Below are positions 45,401 to 55,844 of a DNA stretch of 64,000 nt, in pieces. The DNA is from an uncultured Candidatus Micrarchaeota archaeon (GTDB taxonomy: Archaea; Micrarchaeota; Micrarchaeia; Micrarchaeales; Micrarchaeaceae). The notes under the pieces are model-generated. The model saw only the letters and a program-made list of their open reading frames with translations, had not been told where the DNA came from and searched no databases. Numbering within the stretch: the stretch's first letter is position 1; each line of letters opens with the position of its first letter. The translations under genes were made by a program, and so were the position numbers. Where the stretch lies: positions 330 through 64,329 of the forward strand of contig CAISDH010000003.1 in the NCBI GenBank assembly GCA_903884115.1, given 5' to 3'.

Positions 45401-46792
45401 ATGCACATTGATGAATCCATAGCTGATTATGTGCTTTCTGTGGCAGAGAAGTCAGGCGCAGAGTATGCAGAAGCGTACCTTGAGAACTCTGTCTCGTCAG
45501 GCTGTGCGATAGAGCAGGGCATATTCAACGGCGCATACTATTCAGAGGGTACAGGTTTGCGTGTAAGGCTCGTCAAGAACAGGCGCATGTTCGCCTTCTC
45601 AACTAACAAGCTGAACAAGGAAGGCATAGCGCGCGCAATAAGGAGCTTCCACGGTTTCAAAGGCATCGACACGGCGCTATCGAATGAGAAGGCCTTGAAT
45701 GTACGCTGCGCGGTGAACGAGCGCAAGAAGATAGAGGATGCAAGCATGCTTGACGACCTATCCGACATGGACAAGGCGCTTGCAGGAATCAAGTGCCTGG
45801 AGTACAAGAGCCTCTATGGCGGGGTGGGCCGGTCTGTCACGTATTTTTCTAACTCGGAAGGCAGCGCTGTGAGGTGCAGCGTGCCGTACATCTCCGCTGT
45901 CATGAGCCTCATAGTCAAGAACGGCAGAGAGACCCGGCAGAGCGTGATGCAGTTCGGAAACACTGGCGGTTATGAGCTCTTCAATGCGCAGGCTGTAACG
46001 GAAACGCTCGTTGAGAAGGCAACGAGCATGAACCGTGTGCTGGAGAAGGGCGTGACCCTGAGCAGGGATTCGTTGCACAGGATCAAGAACGTGGTGCTCG
46101 CCCCTGAGATAACGGGCATAGCTGCGCATGAAAGCATCGGCCACCCGTGCGAGGCTGACAGGGTATTCGGCAGGGAATCTGCGCAGGCAGGCTCAAGCTA
46201 CTTGACAAAAGACAATCTTGGGATGGCGATAGGCAGCAGCAAGGTCAACATCATAGACGACCCAACGATCGTGAATTCGAACGGATTCTTCCTGTATGAC
46301 GATGAAGGCATAAGGGCGCGGCCAAAAACGCTCATAAAGAACGGCGTTCAGACCGAGCTGCTTGCGAACAGGTCTTATGCACAGACTCTGGGCATGCACA
46401 GCAACGGCTCTTCAAGGAGCGACTCCTACTCCAACGAGCCGCTCATACGCATGTCTAACACATACCTGCAGGCGGGAGATGCCGATTTCGACGAGCTGCT
46501 TGAAGAGGCTGGCAACGGCATATACCTGAAAAGCTTCATGGAGTGGAACATCGACGATACACGGAGCTTCTCCAGGTACCAGGGCAACGAGGCGTACCTG
46601 ATAAGAAACGGCAGCATATGCGAGCCGGTAAAGAATTTTGTACTGGAAAAGAGCACGCTGGATTTCTGGCACGCCGTGAGGCTGGTCGGCAAAGAGCGTG
46701 AGTTCTATGTGGGTACATGCGGAAAGGGAGAACCACAGCAGGGTGTGCCTGTCACAATGGGAGGTGCATCTGCGCTGTTGACTTTCAGGTGA
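45401..46792 (+). CDS. tldD: TldD-family metalloprotease
   Basis: HESIGHPCEADR metal-binding motif and the C-terminal GxC...G family pattern. Confidence 0.8.
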   Translation: MHIDESIADYVLSVAEKSGAEYAEAYLENSVSSGCAIEQGIFNGAYYSEGTGLRVRLVKNRRMFAFSTNKLNKEGIARAIRSFHGFKGIDTALSNEKALNVRCAVNERKKIEDASMLDDLSDMDKALAGIKCLEYKSLYGGVGRSVTYFSNSEGSAVRCSVPYISAVMSLIVKNGRETRQSVMQFGNTGGYELFNAQAVTETLVEKATSMNRVLEKGVTLSRDSLHRIKNVVLAPEITGIAAHESIGHPCEADRVFGRESAQAGSSYLTKDNLGMAIGSSKVNIIDDPTIVNSNGFFLYDDEGIRARPKTLIKNGVQTELLANRSYAQTLGMHSNGSSRSDSYSNEPLIRMSNTYLQAGDADFDELLEEAGNGIYLKSFMEWNIDDTRSFSRYQGNEAYLIRNGSICEPVKNFVLEKSTLDFWHAVRLVGKEREFYVGTCGKGEPQQGVPVTMGGASALLTFR

Positions 46793-46820
46793 TTGCATTC
46801 GGGAAGACGCAAATAGCATA

Positions 46821-48152
46821 GTGCGCGCCTGCAAGAGGGCGCAGCTTGACGACATTGTGGCAAGCGTAAGCACGTACAGGGTCGTATACCTGAAGATCAC
46901 CAATTCAAGCGTTGACTCTATTGTCGAGAAACAGGGACAGTCTGGGGAGCTCTTTGTTTCAAAGGACAAGAAGGTGTTCTTCACAGAGCTCAAGACGCTG
47001 AACAGGGACGGCGTGGCAACGTCTATAAGAAAGACTCTGCAGATGATGCCCAAGCTGCAGCTAAAAGAGGACTATTACGGCATTGCAGACAAGCCATTCA
47101 AGCACGGAGGCGCCCATTCGTATGACCGCAAACTGGAGCAGATCAGCTGCGATGCGCTTTCAGACCTTGCGAATGAAGCAATAAACAGCGCTATCTCTAA
47201 TGGCGCTACGAACGTAGCTGGCACCATTGTCGTAGGCGTATCAAACCATGAGCTTGCAACAAGCAACGGGTTCTCATCCAGTGCAAAGGGATCATCGATA
47301 ACCGCATCGCTCCGCCTCTTCAAAGGCAGCATCTCATTCCAGGATGCATACGCGTCAAGAGTGCTCAAGGGCATCAACCTAGATACGATGGCAAAGCGTT
47401 CGGCAGAAACTGTGAGCATGACTAACAGGACAGGCAGGATAGACAGAGGCGCTTATGATGTCATATACCTGCCGTCGCCAGCAGGATCGCTCATGCTCAA
47501 TGTCACGCACGCAGCGTGCATGGGCGACGTTGAGACTGGCAGCATGCTGACCGGGAAGCTAGGCAAGGCCGTTGCAAGCAAGGACCTGTCCATCTATGAT
47601 GATGGCAGGATAAGCTCAGGCGTGGCCTCTGCGCCATTTGACGAAGAAGGAACGAAGACGCAGCGCACATCTGTGATAGAGTGCGGTGTGCTGAAGAACT
47701 ACCTGCACAATTTCTCCACAGCGACAAAGTACAAGACAAAAAGCACAGGCAATGCGGGCCTTGTACGGCCCAGGCCGTGGACACTCGTATTCAATCACAG
47801 GAAAAGCTCGCAAAGCATCGACGCACTGATAAGAAGCATAGACAGGGGCATATTGATAACTAACACATGGTACACCAGGTTCAGCAACTACCTTACAGGG
47901 GACTTCTCAACAGTGCCCAGGGATCTTGCCCTGTATATAGAGAACGGAGAGCCTAAGTACGCGGTGAAGCGCGGCATGCACGGCCTTGAGCACGAGATGG
48001 TCGGAATAAGGATAAGCGACAACATCATGAGGATGCTGCGGAGCACGGAGCGCGCCGCAAACGATGCAAGGCAGACCTTCTCATGGGATACCGACGGCTA
48101 TTTCTTCATGCCAAGCATACTGGTTCGGGGCGCACACGTGACTGTGGCGTAG
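46821..48152 (+). CDS. pmbA: PmbA/TldE-family protein (TldD partner)
   Basis: Paralogous to the preceding gene but lacks HExxH. Typical tldD-pmbA pairing. Confidence 0.75.
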   Translation: MRACKRAQLDDIVASVSTYRVVYLKITNSSVDSIVEKQGQSGELFVSKDKKVFFTELKTLNRDGVATSIRKTLQMMPKLQLKEDYYGIADKPFKHGGAHSYDRKLEQISCDALSDLANEAINSAISNGATNVAGTIVVGVSNHELATSNGFSSSAKGSSITASLRLFKGSISFQDAYASRVLKGINLDTMAKRSAETVSMTNRTGRIDRGAYDVIYLPSPAGSLMLNVTHAACMGDVETGSMLTGKLGKAVASKDLSIYDDGRISSGVASAPFDEEGTKTQRTSVIECGVLKNYLHNFSTATKYKTKSTGNAGLVRPRPWTLVFNHRKSSQSIDALIRSIDRGILITNTWYTRFSNYLTGDFSTVPRDLALYIENGEPKYAVKRGMHGLEHEMVGIRISDNIMRMLRSTERAANDARQTFSWDTDGYFFMPSILVRGAHVTVA

Positions 48153-48187
48153 AAGTGGCGATGAGAAACCGACAACGGCTCTATTCA

Positions 48188-49222
48188 CTACACGCTGTCC
48201 GATGTCCATTTTATTGTGCTGTACTCCTTCCTCGTGTCAACGCTGCGCAACGGCAATCTGCCCAGCAGCACCTTGTCTATCTCTCCGGACACGACCTGTA
48301 TGCCCTGCTTCTTGAATAGCTTCTTGTGGTACTCGACATCTCTGCTTTGTGCCGTCTCTGTGTCGTCGAATGCCCCTATAGTGAAGAAGTCGTAGCTGCC
48401 TATCAGCGGTGCGCAGAGTACGTACCTGCTTATGAGCGGATTCTCGTCATCGCTCATGAATGCCTGTCTGGCCTGCGCTGACGCATCCTCATAACCCTCT
48501 CTTGGCTTGTATTTTGCAAAGAAAGACATGAGCGATACGTCCTCTGGCTTTTTCATCGTTATCGTGAAGTGTTTTATGTAGCCCATCTCAACGAGCTTGT
48601 TCTGGTTGTACACGAGCGTGTTGGGGTGCATTCCAATCTGCTTGGATAGCGCATGGAATGAAGTCCTGCTGTTCGTGTTCAGTGCCTTGAGTATGTCCTT
48701 GTGCTTCTGCGCAATCTGGAGCCTGTCCAGCAGTTCGTTGCGCAGAGGGAAAAATCCCAGCTGCCTGTGAATCACTTCTGAAGAGCGCCAGTCTACCCCA
48801 AACTCAGAAAGGGCTATCTGCATGCTCTTGTCCCAATGCGCATACTCCCTGCTCGATGTAGCTATGGCGCATATCACCATGCTGTAATCTCCCTTAACGG
48901 ACACTGCGAGCTGGGGTATGTAGGAGTGTTCCAATATGCTGGTTATCTTCTCGAAATCAGGCTTCGAGTCGAACTTCACAGCTATCAGGTGCGGATCGGC
49001 AAGATTCAGTGCAGTTCCATCGATCTCTATCGTGTAGTTTATGCCGAACTCGTTCTCCATCTTCTTAAGCTTATTTCTTGTAGTTTCCCTGGACAAACCT
49101 ATCTCTTTTGATATCTTCGATATCGAAACTCCCGCATCCTGTGAGAGCATCCGAAGTAACTTTCTGGTTACGATGTTGTACTTGTTGTTGAAACCGCTGT
49201 TAAATGCATATTCTGCCTCCAT
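48188..49222 (-). CDS. Lrp/AsnC-family transcriptional regulator, duplicated (two HTH + two RAM-like modules)
   Basis: Two HTH_AsnC-like segments: RKLLRMLSQDAGVSISKISKEIGLSRETTRNKLKKM and DILKALNTNSRTSFHALSKQIGMHPNTLVYNQNKL. Confidence 0.7.
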   Translation of the reverse strand: MEAEYAFNSGFNNKYNIVTRKLLRMLSQDAGVSISKISKEIGLSRETTRNKLKKMENEFGINYTIEIDGTALNLADPHLIAVKFDSKPDFEKITSILEHSYIPQLAVSVKGDYSMVICAIATSSREYAHWDKSMQIALSEFGVDWRSSEVIHRQLGFFPLRNELLDRLQIAQKHKDILKALNTNSRTSFHALSKQIGMHPNTLVYNQNKLVEMGYIKHFTITMKKPEDVSLMSFFAKYKPREGYEDASAQARQAFMSDDENPLISRYVLCAPLIGSYDFFTIGAFDDTETAQSRDVEYHKKLFKKQGIQVVSGEIDKVLLGRLPLRSVDTRKEYSTIKWTSDSV

Positions 49223-49309
49223 TGTCCCACCTTGCCATAATCACAAAACTCTACCGCTATTCTGTCATTTTTCCTTATGTTTAAATATGCTTCCTTCTAA
49301 TCTTATATT

Positions 49310-50566
49310 ATGAATATAAAAGCCTTGGCTAACAGCTACCTGCTGCTGGCCCTTGTGCTAGGCGCGCTGCTTCCGGTAATGCTGGCACTCGCAGGCGGTA
49401 TGAACATATACGAATACCTGTTTCTGACGTACCTGGTGGCAGTGCCTACGTCATTTTTGTTTGTGCTGGTGTCTGGGAAGAAAGAGAAGCTCTTCAGCTA
49501 TGTAAGGAACAAGAAAGATTTCGCTATAATAGCTGCCATAGGCCTTCTCAACTATGCGTTCCTGGAGTTCGGGATGGACTATGCTGAGCATTTTGTCAGC
49601 GCCTCGTTGGCCACTGTGATTTACAGGACATATCCCATATTGATGCTCGTGTTCCTGCCCTTAATACTCAAGGAGCGAGTGACCAAATATCAGGGCGCTG
49701 CGCTGTCCTTGGGGTTCATAGGCCTCTACATCGCAATAAGTATGAGTGGAGGTGCAGCAGGGTCATCTGGAAGCATCAACGCGCCGATAATACTCCTCCT
49801 GTCAATCATTGCCGTGGCTGGCGCCCTGGCTACAGTGTTGGTCAAAAAATACGCATACGACATGGAGAGCTCAATGTTCATATTCAATCTTGCCAATTTT
49901 GTCTTCTTCTCTTTTCTTTTCCTGTTGAACCATCCGCAGTTCGGAGGTCTCACAATGGCATCGGTTATGGCCATTCTGTATGTCGGAGTGGTCTACAATG
50001 TTTTTGTGGGCTTCATGTATTACGGTGCGCTGCGCATGCTGAAGACCACTTTCGTTACCAACATCTACTTCCTGTCGCCGTTCATAACCCTCCTCTTTGC
50101 CTATCTGGTACTTGGAGAAGCGATACTGCCCTATTATTTGATAGTTGCAGGGCTTGTTGCTGTTGGCATACTCATACAGAAGTTTGACAAGAAAGGCGGC
50201 TCTTATGTGCCTAACAAATCGCATAGCATGCACAGGATCACGCTGTTCGATGTCACCGGCGCATTTCTGAATACGAGCGAGGCCGCGATAAGCGACACGA
50301 TAAAAGGCGGCGGAAGGGTCCTGGCCGTCAAGGTGCCTCACAAACACAAGGAAAAGGTTGACTCAATGCTCAAATTAAGTGAATACTCCAATGTGTTTAC
50401 GCACGAGCATCCCACAATAACCGACGAGAGTCTGTTTGTCAAAGACGTGCTTGGCGCAGGAAACGATGACATTGTCGTGATGAAGGCCGGATCTTTAAAA
50501 GACAGCGAGACTTTCTTCGGCAAACTTGACGAAGCGATTGATGCTGAAGAGAAGATGCTTAGATAA
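49310..50566 (+). CDS. EamA/DMT-family transporter with C-terminal soluble extension
   Basis: About 10 TM helices in two EamA-like halves, then an about 120-aa hydrophilic tail. Confidence 0.7.
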   Translation: MNIKALANSYLLLALVLGALLPVMLALAGGMNIYEYLFLTYLVAVPTSFLFVLVSGKKEKLFSYVRNKKDFAIIAAIGLLNYAFLEFGMDYAEHFVSASLATVIYRTYPILMLVFLPLILKERVTKYQGAALSLGFIGLYIAISMSGGAAGSSGSINAPIILLLSIIAVAGALATVLVKKYAYDMESSMFIFNLANFVFFSFLFLLNHPQFGGLTMASVMAILYVGVVYNVFVGFMYYGALRMLKTTFVTNIYFLSPFITLLFAYLVLGEAILPYYLIVAGLVAVGILIQKFDKKGGSYVPNKSHSMHRITLFDVTGAFLNTSEAAISDTIKGGGRVLAVKVPHKHKEKVDSMLKLSEYSNVFTHEHPTITDESLFVKDVLGAGNDDIVVMKAGSLKDSETFFGKLDEAIDAEEKMLR

Positions 50567-50599
50567 CGAAACCTTTAGAAGCGTTTAAAGAGAACGCGA

Positions 50600-51013
50600 A
50601 TGGGCATTATGCGAGAAAAGCTTGTTGGCATCCTGCTATCAAAAAATAACAAAATACTCGTCGAAATAAGGAGGAATACTGATGATTTCGGTCCGGATGC
50701 AGTCTGGATTCCAGGAGGACACGTAGAAAAGGATGAAACGCTCGAAGAAGCGCTGCTCCGAGAATCGGAAGAAGAGTTCGGTATAAAGCTGATCACATAC
50801 AGAAAAGTCTGCATTTCATTATGGCGGCACAAAAACAAAAATTATGAAATACACTATTTTACTTCTGAAAAATGGAAAGGGAAAATAAAAAACAGGGAAG
50901 CGGATGAATTAATCTGGATTGGCAAAGAAGAAATGGACAAACTTGATGAAAACGTTGACAAGAAAGTCTTCAGGCGATATTTGAATCAGAATTCTAAACC
51001 TAGAACAAGTTGA
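50600..51013 (+). CDS. Nudix hydrolase (MutT-like)
   Basis: Nudix box GGHVEKDETLEEALLRESEEEFGI. Confidence 0.8.
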   Translation: MGIMREKLVGILLSKNNKILVEIRRNTDDFGPDAVWIPGGHVEKDETLEEALLRESEEEFGIKLITYRKVCISLWRHKNKNYEIHYFTSEKWKGKIKNREADELIWIGKEEMDKLDENVDKKVFRRYLNQNSKPRTS

Positions 51014-51098
51014 AAAGACGACAGTGCTCTTAGTAACATATCGATAATGGAAACCTTATATGCGTTCCCGTGCAAAATACTAATGAACTGTGCTTTTT

Positions 51099-52532
51099 AT
51101 GAAGAAGATTAACGATTTCCTGTGGGAGATAGATGCAGACGAACGGCCTGGAATGAACGTCCCGGTGCGCATATATGCGAATGAGAAACTCGTCACGTTG
51201 ATCAAGAGGGATAGAACTCTGCAGCAGGCAGCAAACGCCGCGATGCTGCCCGGAATGGTCAGAAACATGCTCATCATGCCTGACGGTCACGAAGGTTACG
51301 GGTTTCCAGTCGGAGGCGTAGCTGCATTCGACGCAGACAGCGGCATAGTGTCTCCCGGAGTTGTGGGGTTCGACATTAACTGTGGTGTGAGGTTGATAAA
51401 GACCAACCTGACTGTAAGCGATGTCAAGCCCAAGCTTCCACAGCTGATGGACCGGCTGTTCAAGAATGTTCCTAGCGGAGTCGGCAGTGAGATAAAGCTG
51501 GGTCTCTCGCAGGGCGATCTCAAGAATATCGCACTGGAGGGCGTAAGATATATCATAGACAAAGGCTATGGGTTCAAGGAAGACCTTGAAAGGATAGAGG
51601 AGCACGGCTGCATGGCCGGAGCTGATCCCGACAAGGTAAGCGCTCTTGCAAACAAGCGCGGAGTGAAGCAGATAGGTACATTGGGCGCAGGAAACCACTT
51701 TCTTGAGGTGCAGAAAGTGGAGCAGGTGTTCGACGAAAAGATCGCTAAGGCGTATGGTCTTGAAGCAGACAATGTTGTCATAATGGTGCACAGCGGTTCC
51801 CGCGGTTACGGCCACCAGATATGCAGCGACTATCTGAGAGTGCTTGCCGATTACCAACGGAAGAAGAACATACGGCTTCCGGATCCTGAGCTCGCGTACG
51901 CGCGCATAGGTGACAAGGAGGGCGACGACTACCTGGCGTGTATGCGCTGTGCTGTCAACTTCGCATTCACCAACAGGCAGGTCATGACCCACCTGATAAG
52001 GAAGAGCTTTGAAGAAGTGTTTGGTAAGGGTGCCGACGCGCTCGGAATGGAGCTAGTGTATGATGTTGCTCACAACATCGCAAAGCTCGAGGAGCACACT
52101 GTTGACGGGCAGAGACGAAAGCTCTACGTGCACAGAAAGGGTGCAACAAGGGCATTCGGCCCTGGCAATGCGGAGGTGCCGCAGATATACCGAAGCGTCG
52201 GCCAGCCTGTGATCATACCCGGCAGCATGGGCACGGCAAGCTATGTGCTCGCCGGCAGGGAAGAAGCGATGCTTGAGACTTTCGGATCATCATGCCATGG
52301 CTCCGGCCGGCTCATGTCAAGGCATCAGGCTGTCAGGGATATTCCCGTGTCAAAGACGATAGGCGACCTGAGGAGCAAAGGCGTCGAGTTCAGGGTCAGG
52401 GACAAGCAGCTAATGAGCGAGGAAGCTGAATGGGCATACAAGAGCGTCGACGACGTGGTCGCGAGCATAGCAGGGGCGAAGATATCCAATATAGTTGCAA
52501 GGCTAGTGCCTTTGGGAGTCGCGAAGGGCTAG
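51099..52532 (+). CDS. rtcB: RNA-splicing ligase RtcB
   Basis: MPDGHEGYGFPVGG, GFDINCGVR, GSRGYGHQ, SSCHGSGR. The track ORF starts at GTG 51090. Confidence 0.9.
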   Translation: MKKINDFLWEIDADERPGMNVPVRIYANEKLVTLIKRDRTLQQAANAAMLPGMVRNMLIMPDGHEGYGFPVGGVAAFDADSGIVSPGVVGFDINCGVRLIKTNLTVSDVKPKLPQLMDRLFKNVPSGVGSEIKLGLSQGDLKNIALEGVRYIIDKGYGFKEDLERIEEHGCMAGADPDKVSALANKRGVKQIGTLGAGNHFLEVQKVEQVFDEKIAKAYGLEADNVVIMVHSGSRGYGHQICSDYLRVLADYQRKKNIRLPDPELAYARIGDKEGDDYLACMRCAVNFAFTNRQVMTHLIRKSFEEVFGKGADALGMELVYDVAHNIAKLEEHTVDGQRRKLYVHRKGATRAFGPGNAEVPQIYRSVGQPVIIPGSMGTASYVLAGREEAMLETFGSSCHGSGRLMSRHQAVRDIPVSKTIGDLRSKGVEFRVRDKQLMSEEAEWAYKSVDDVVASIAGAKISNIVARLVPLGVAKG

Positions 52533-52550
52533 AAATTACCGACTTGATGT

Positions 52551-52961
52551 CTACTTGTTATCTATGGTGTGAATATCCCGTATTTTTCTGAATTCTCTGT
52601 CAAAAGTAGCGATTTCTCCTATGCTGTAACGTTTAGCCAGTGAAATAATACAGCAATCTATAAAGCTAAACTTGGGAGCATTCTGATCTTTAAACAATTT
52701 CCATGCAGCCTCAAAATCAAACTCATCTGTCTCTAAAATTGTTGTTGAATCCTTAATGTATTCTCCAACTTCTGCAGCCATGTTTACTGATTTAGTCTTG
52801 AATAGGGTTACCGTAACTGTCTCTGCAAAGATATAGTTGGATGTGCATGCTTCCCCAAAGTCGCCATTTACTATGCTGTTAATAATCCTAACCGCTTTCT
52901 CATGGTTTGTATCTTGCGCCAACGCATATGCAACAAGCACACTTGAATCTATGAGAATCAA
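52551..52961 (-). CDS. vapC: PIN-domain toxin VapC
   Basis: MILIDSSVLVAY..., conserved acidic positions, TFDREF. Confidence 0.8.
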   Translation of the reverse strand: MILIDSSVLVAYALAQDTNHEKAVRIINSIVNGDFGEACTSNYIFAETVTVTLFKTKSVNMAAEVGEYIKDSTTILETDEFDFEAAWKLFKDQNAPKFSFIDCCIISLAKRYSIGEIATFDREFRKIRDIHTIDNK

Positions 52962-52965
52962 TGCA

Positions 52966-53211
52966 TCATCTATACATTATCTTATCGATCTCTTGACTCC
53001 ATTTCACAGCATGCTTTGTTTTTATGATTCCATTCAATTTCAATAATGTCTTTATGTTGTGCTTCCCTGCTTTTTCCTTCTCCCTCATCCAGAACTCCAT
53101 GGCTTCAGTTATGGCTCTACCTACATTCATGCTCTCCTCCAATGCGCGTTGTCTGAACTTACGGTAGATTCGCGGATCTACCTTTCGCACAACCAACATC
53201 TCTCTCTGCAT
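52966..53211 (-). CDS. vapB: Antitoxin (RHH/CopG-like) partner of VapC
   Basis: 81-aa ORF 4 nt upstream of the PIN gene. VVRKVDPRIYRKFRQRALEESMNVGRAITEAMEFW is RHH-like. Confidence 0.6.
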   Translation of the reverse strand: MQREMLVVRKVDPRIYRKFRQRALEESMNVGRAITEAMEFWMREKEKAGKHNIKTLLKLNGIIKTKHAVKWSQEIDKIMYR

Positions 53212-53256
53212 GTGTATAACATGTATGACTAATTATAAAAATATGTGTGTTATTTG

Positions 53257-55539
53257 CTAAATAACATCTATAGACTCTGCGCGGATATGCAGGTTTATTG
53301 CCGGGCATGCTTTTATTTTGAATTCTCCAATTATGTGCTCTTTTCTGTCTAGAAGTTGGAGTGTGTACTTAGAACCCTCTATGAGTTCTTGCATTATCGT
53401 GCCTGAACCGCTTATGGCGTGCGTGGAAATGTCTTCACCAAGATATCTGAACCTTATATAATGGGTATTCTGCTGCAGCTTGCTTGCTTCGCCGACAATG
53501 TCTAGAAATATGCTAAATCTTGTGTTGATGACTGCTGGCAAGCATAGGCCTCTCTTATGGATATAGGCGTCCAATGCATTCATGTAACTGTCTGTTTTGT
53601 CAGCATATTCCGCAGTCCTTATGAATACGGTGTCTTGAGCCAGTTTCTCGTCATCATTTTTCAGAACGTAGCTGAAAGCGCATATCCGAGAGTCCAGAAG
53701 CTTAAGCTTAAGCACGATGTCCTCCTCACAGGCGTATGTGAACACAAGATCCTTTGCTGCAACCGCAGCAACGTCCGGTGCCTGCTTCAGATACAGCTTT
53801 ATCTGGCACAGTCTGCGCACTCCTTGCTCTATGTCGCTGATGGTGTGCGCCAGAAGCATGAGCCCGATGCCCTGTTTCCTGAAATCCTGGATGCGTTGCC
53901 TAAGGTCCTGTATCGCCGCTGATTCTTTGTTGCCAAATACGGTCTGCGCTTCCTCTAGGCATATGAGAAGCCTTAGTTCATCATCGCCGTCAGTGTCAAA
54001 CCCTGCCGCAAGCGCGTATGCCTGATTCAGCAACAGCGCGTAGAGATACGGCCTCTTCTCACTGCTTACGCCCGATACATCGAATACTGCCCCTCTCCCT
54101 GCAAGTTCCTCTATCCTTATGCCTTCACTCATAGAATATTCTGGCTTGTTGAGTATTGCACGCAGGTTCTCCAATGCCGACCTTATGTTTTCGCCATGCT
54201 TGGTATATTTTACACCTGCGTTTGTCTTCTTTGCATGGAACCTTATTATCGATTCTTCTATTGCATCGTATGTGCTGATTGGATCGGGTGTATCTGTTTC
54301 AGAATAGACTCTCCTGAACGCGTTCAGCAAGCAGTGTTCCAAAGGATTCTGATATGGCCCTGCATTAGATGCGCTCGCAAGCACAAGGGCAAGGCTCTCG
54401 TAGAATTTTTCCTTCTGAATTGTTGTTGGGCACCTGAAGAGGTTAATTGGGACCTTGTCCACGTAAGGCCTTATCAGATGCATTCCATGGGCAATGGCAA
54501 AGCGGTTCCACTCGTCAGTAGGTGCAATTACAATAATGCGCACGCCATACGCACCTGCCTTAACTGCGTCAATTATTGCCATTGCCTCTTTGGTCTTGCC
54601 GCTGCCTGGCAAGCCAGTTATGATGAAACCAAGATTCATTGTAGATGGATCTATCCTTACGGCATGGTCTGTTTCTGCAACTCCGTTTTTCATGAACGTG
54701 CCTATTGTTATGCCTTTTTTTGTGCTTTGGGAGATGGTGGGCAGAACATAGTTGAGTTTGTAAGATCCGTAAAAATTCATAAAGTCCTTTAGATAATCTG
54801 TGCCGAGAGGGAATGCCCTCTCGTTATGGAGCTCGACCAGTTGCTCTGCAAGGCTGGACCTGCATTTAGACTCATTAAGCAACATAAATCTTGTTGCAAT
54901 GTACTCCTGTAAACGGGCACCTGCATTTGGTATGATGAAAAACTGCTTGTAGGTGAGGTTGTTACTCAGTATTGCGTTGTTTATCGAAGCCAGCACGCTG
55001 TTAAATAGGGCAGTCTCCTCGGATTCCATGAATAACTCTCGCTGTGTAGATGAGCTTGCCTTCTTGCTGAATACCTCAGTTATTGCAGAGCGCGTCTCCC
55101 TGATGTCTTTCCTACTGAGTGCTCTTTCCACATAAGATTTTGAATGTTCCAGATCTGTCTCGCTTGCTGGAATGAATGCCACTGCAACAAACCCTGTACC
55201 AAGTGCTAGATCGAAAATGTCGTGCATGTGGTGCGGGCGATGCACTTCTGGATTATCCGCTCTTTCGGGTCTCTTGTAACATGAGAGTACCTTCATGTCG
55301 ATGGCTGCGTTCAGTGCCGTGCATTCTGCGGCCTCGAATCCAATTCCAGGTATTGCCTGCATTATGCCTTCTATCTTCCCTTCTGCGATGCTAGTATCCA
55401 TACACAAGAAGGTGGTTTTCTGATCAAGATCGTATACAAGTAGAAACTCGTTTCTTCCCATGATCTCGAAGAATGCGACAGCGTCCAACTCCTTATTTGG
55501 CAACTCTGTTGTTCTAAACGAGCCAAACTTCACATTCAT
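53257..55539 (-). CDS. FtsK/HerA-superfamily P-loop ATPase (HerA/TraG-like, DUF87-type), 760 aa
   Basis: Walker A GLPGSGKT and Walker B LLICLEEAQ, with no TM segments. It is the last gene of the 9-gene operon, ATGA-coupled to the preceding gene. Confidence 0.7.
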   Translation of the reverse strand: MNVKFGSFRTTELPNKELDAVAFFEIMGRNEFLLVYDLDQKTTFLCMDTSIAEGKIEGIMQAIPGIGFEAAECTALNAAIDMKVLSCYKRPERADNPEVHRPHHMHDIFDLALGTGFVAVAFIPASETDLEHSKSYVERALSRKDIRETRSAITEVFSKKASSSTQRELFMESEETALFNSVLASINNAILSNNLTYKQFFIIPNAGARLQEYIATRFMLLNESKCRSSLAEQLVELHNERAFPLGTDYLKDFMNFYGSYKLNYVLPTISQSTKKGITIGTFMKNGVAETDHAVRIDPSTMNLGFIITGLPGSGKTKEAMAIIDAVKAGAYGVRIIVIAPTDEWNRFAIAHGMHLIRPYVDKVPINLFRCPTTIQKEKFYESLALVLASASNAGPYQNPLEHCLLNAFRRVYSETDTPDPISTYDAIEESIIRFHAKKTNAGVKYTKHGENIRSALENLRAILNKPEYSMSEGIRIEELAGRGAVFDVSGVSSEKRPYLYALLLNQAYALAAGFDTDGDDELRLLICLEEAQTVFGNKESAAIQDLRQRIQDFRKQGIGLMLLAHTISDIEQGVRRLCQIKLYLKQAPDVAAVAAKDLVFTYACEEDIVLKLKLLDSRICAFSYVLKNDDEKLAQDTVFIRTAEYADKTDSYMNALDAYIHKRGLCLPAVINTRFSIFLDIVGEASKLQQNTHYIRFRYLGEDISTHAISGSGTIMQELIEGSKYTLQLLDRKEHIIGEFKIKACPAINLHIRAESIDVI

Positions 55540-55844
55540 ATAATCACGTGTATCAGTGCAAGAGACAGAAGCATGCTGGAAAGTAACTTCAGCATGAGCG
55601 TTCTAGGTACGCTGGCTCTGTGCTTGACAACATATGCAAGGACCATGCAGAAGCCGGCAGGCAATGCCAGGTAAAGCACTCCTAGTTGCAAGGTGTATAG
55701 CGGCGCGGCCATTTCTTCGATGCCAAGGAGTGTGGCAAATATTGCAAACGCTCCTGCAAGGGAGGCAAAAAATACCTCAAATGCGTTGGATTTGCGATAG
55801 AACGTTCTTATGTTTTCAAGCGTATACTCACCTGAAATACACAA
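55536..55844 (-). CDS. Small membrane protein (3 TM), operon member
   Basis: 102 aa, hydrophobic, overlaps both neighbours. Confidence 0.45.
   Translation of the reverse strand: MCISGEYTLENIRTFYRKSNAFEVFFASLAGAFAIFATLLGIEEMAAPLYTLQLGVLYLALPAGFCMVLAYVVKHRASVPRTLMLKLLSSMLLSLALIHVII

Noticed and set aside
46412-47053. 213-aa minus-strand ORF spanning the tldD/pmbA junction
   Set aside because: It is antisense to two well-supported genes, so it is a shadow ORF.
51030-51992. 320-aa minus-strand ORF
   Set aside because: It is entirely antisense to rtcB, whose motifs are unambiguous. It is a shadow ORF with an unusual V/H/L/C-rich composition.
53257-55539. 760-aa HerA-like ATPase as part of a HerA-based defence system (SIR2-HerA / DUF4297-HerA) or HerA-NurA repair pair
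   Set aside because: No SIR2, DUF4297, NurA, Mre11 or Rad50 partner is adjacent. Instead the gene is ATGA-coupled to an operon with a VirB4-like ATPase, a pilin-like protein and a VirB6-like membrane protein.
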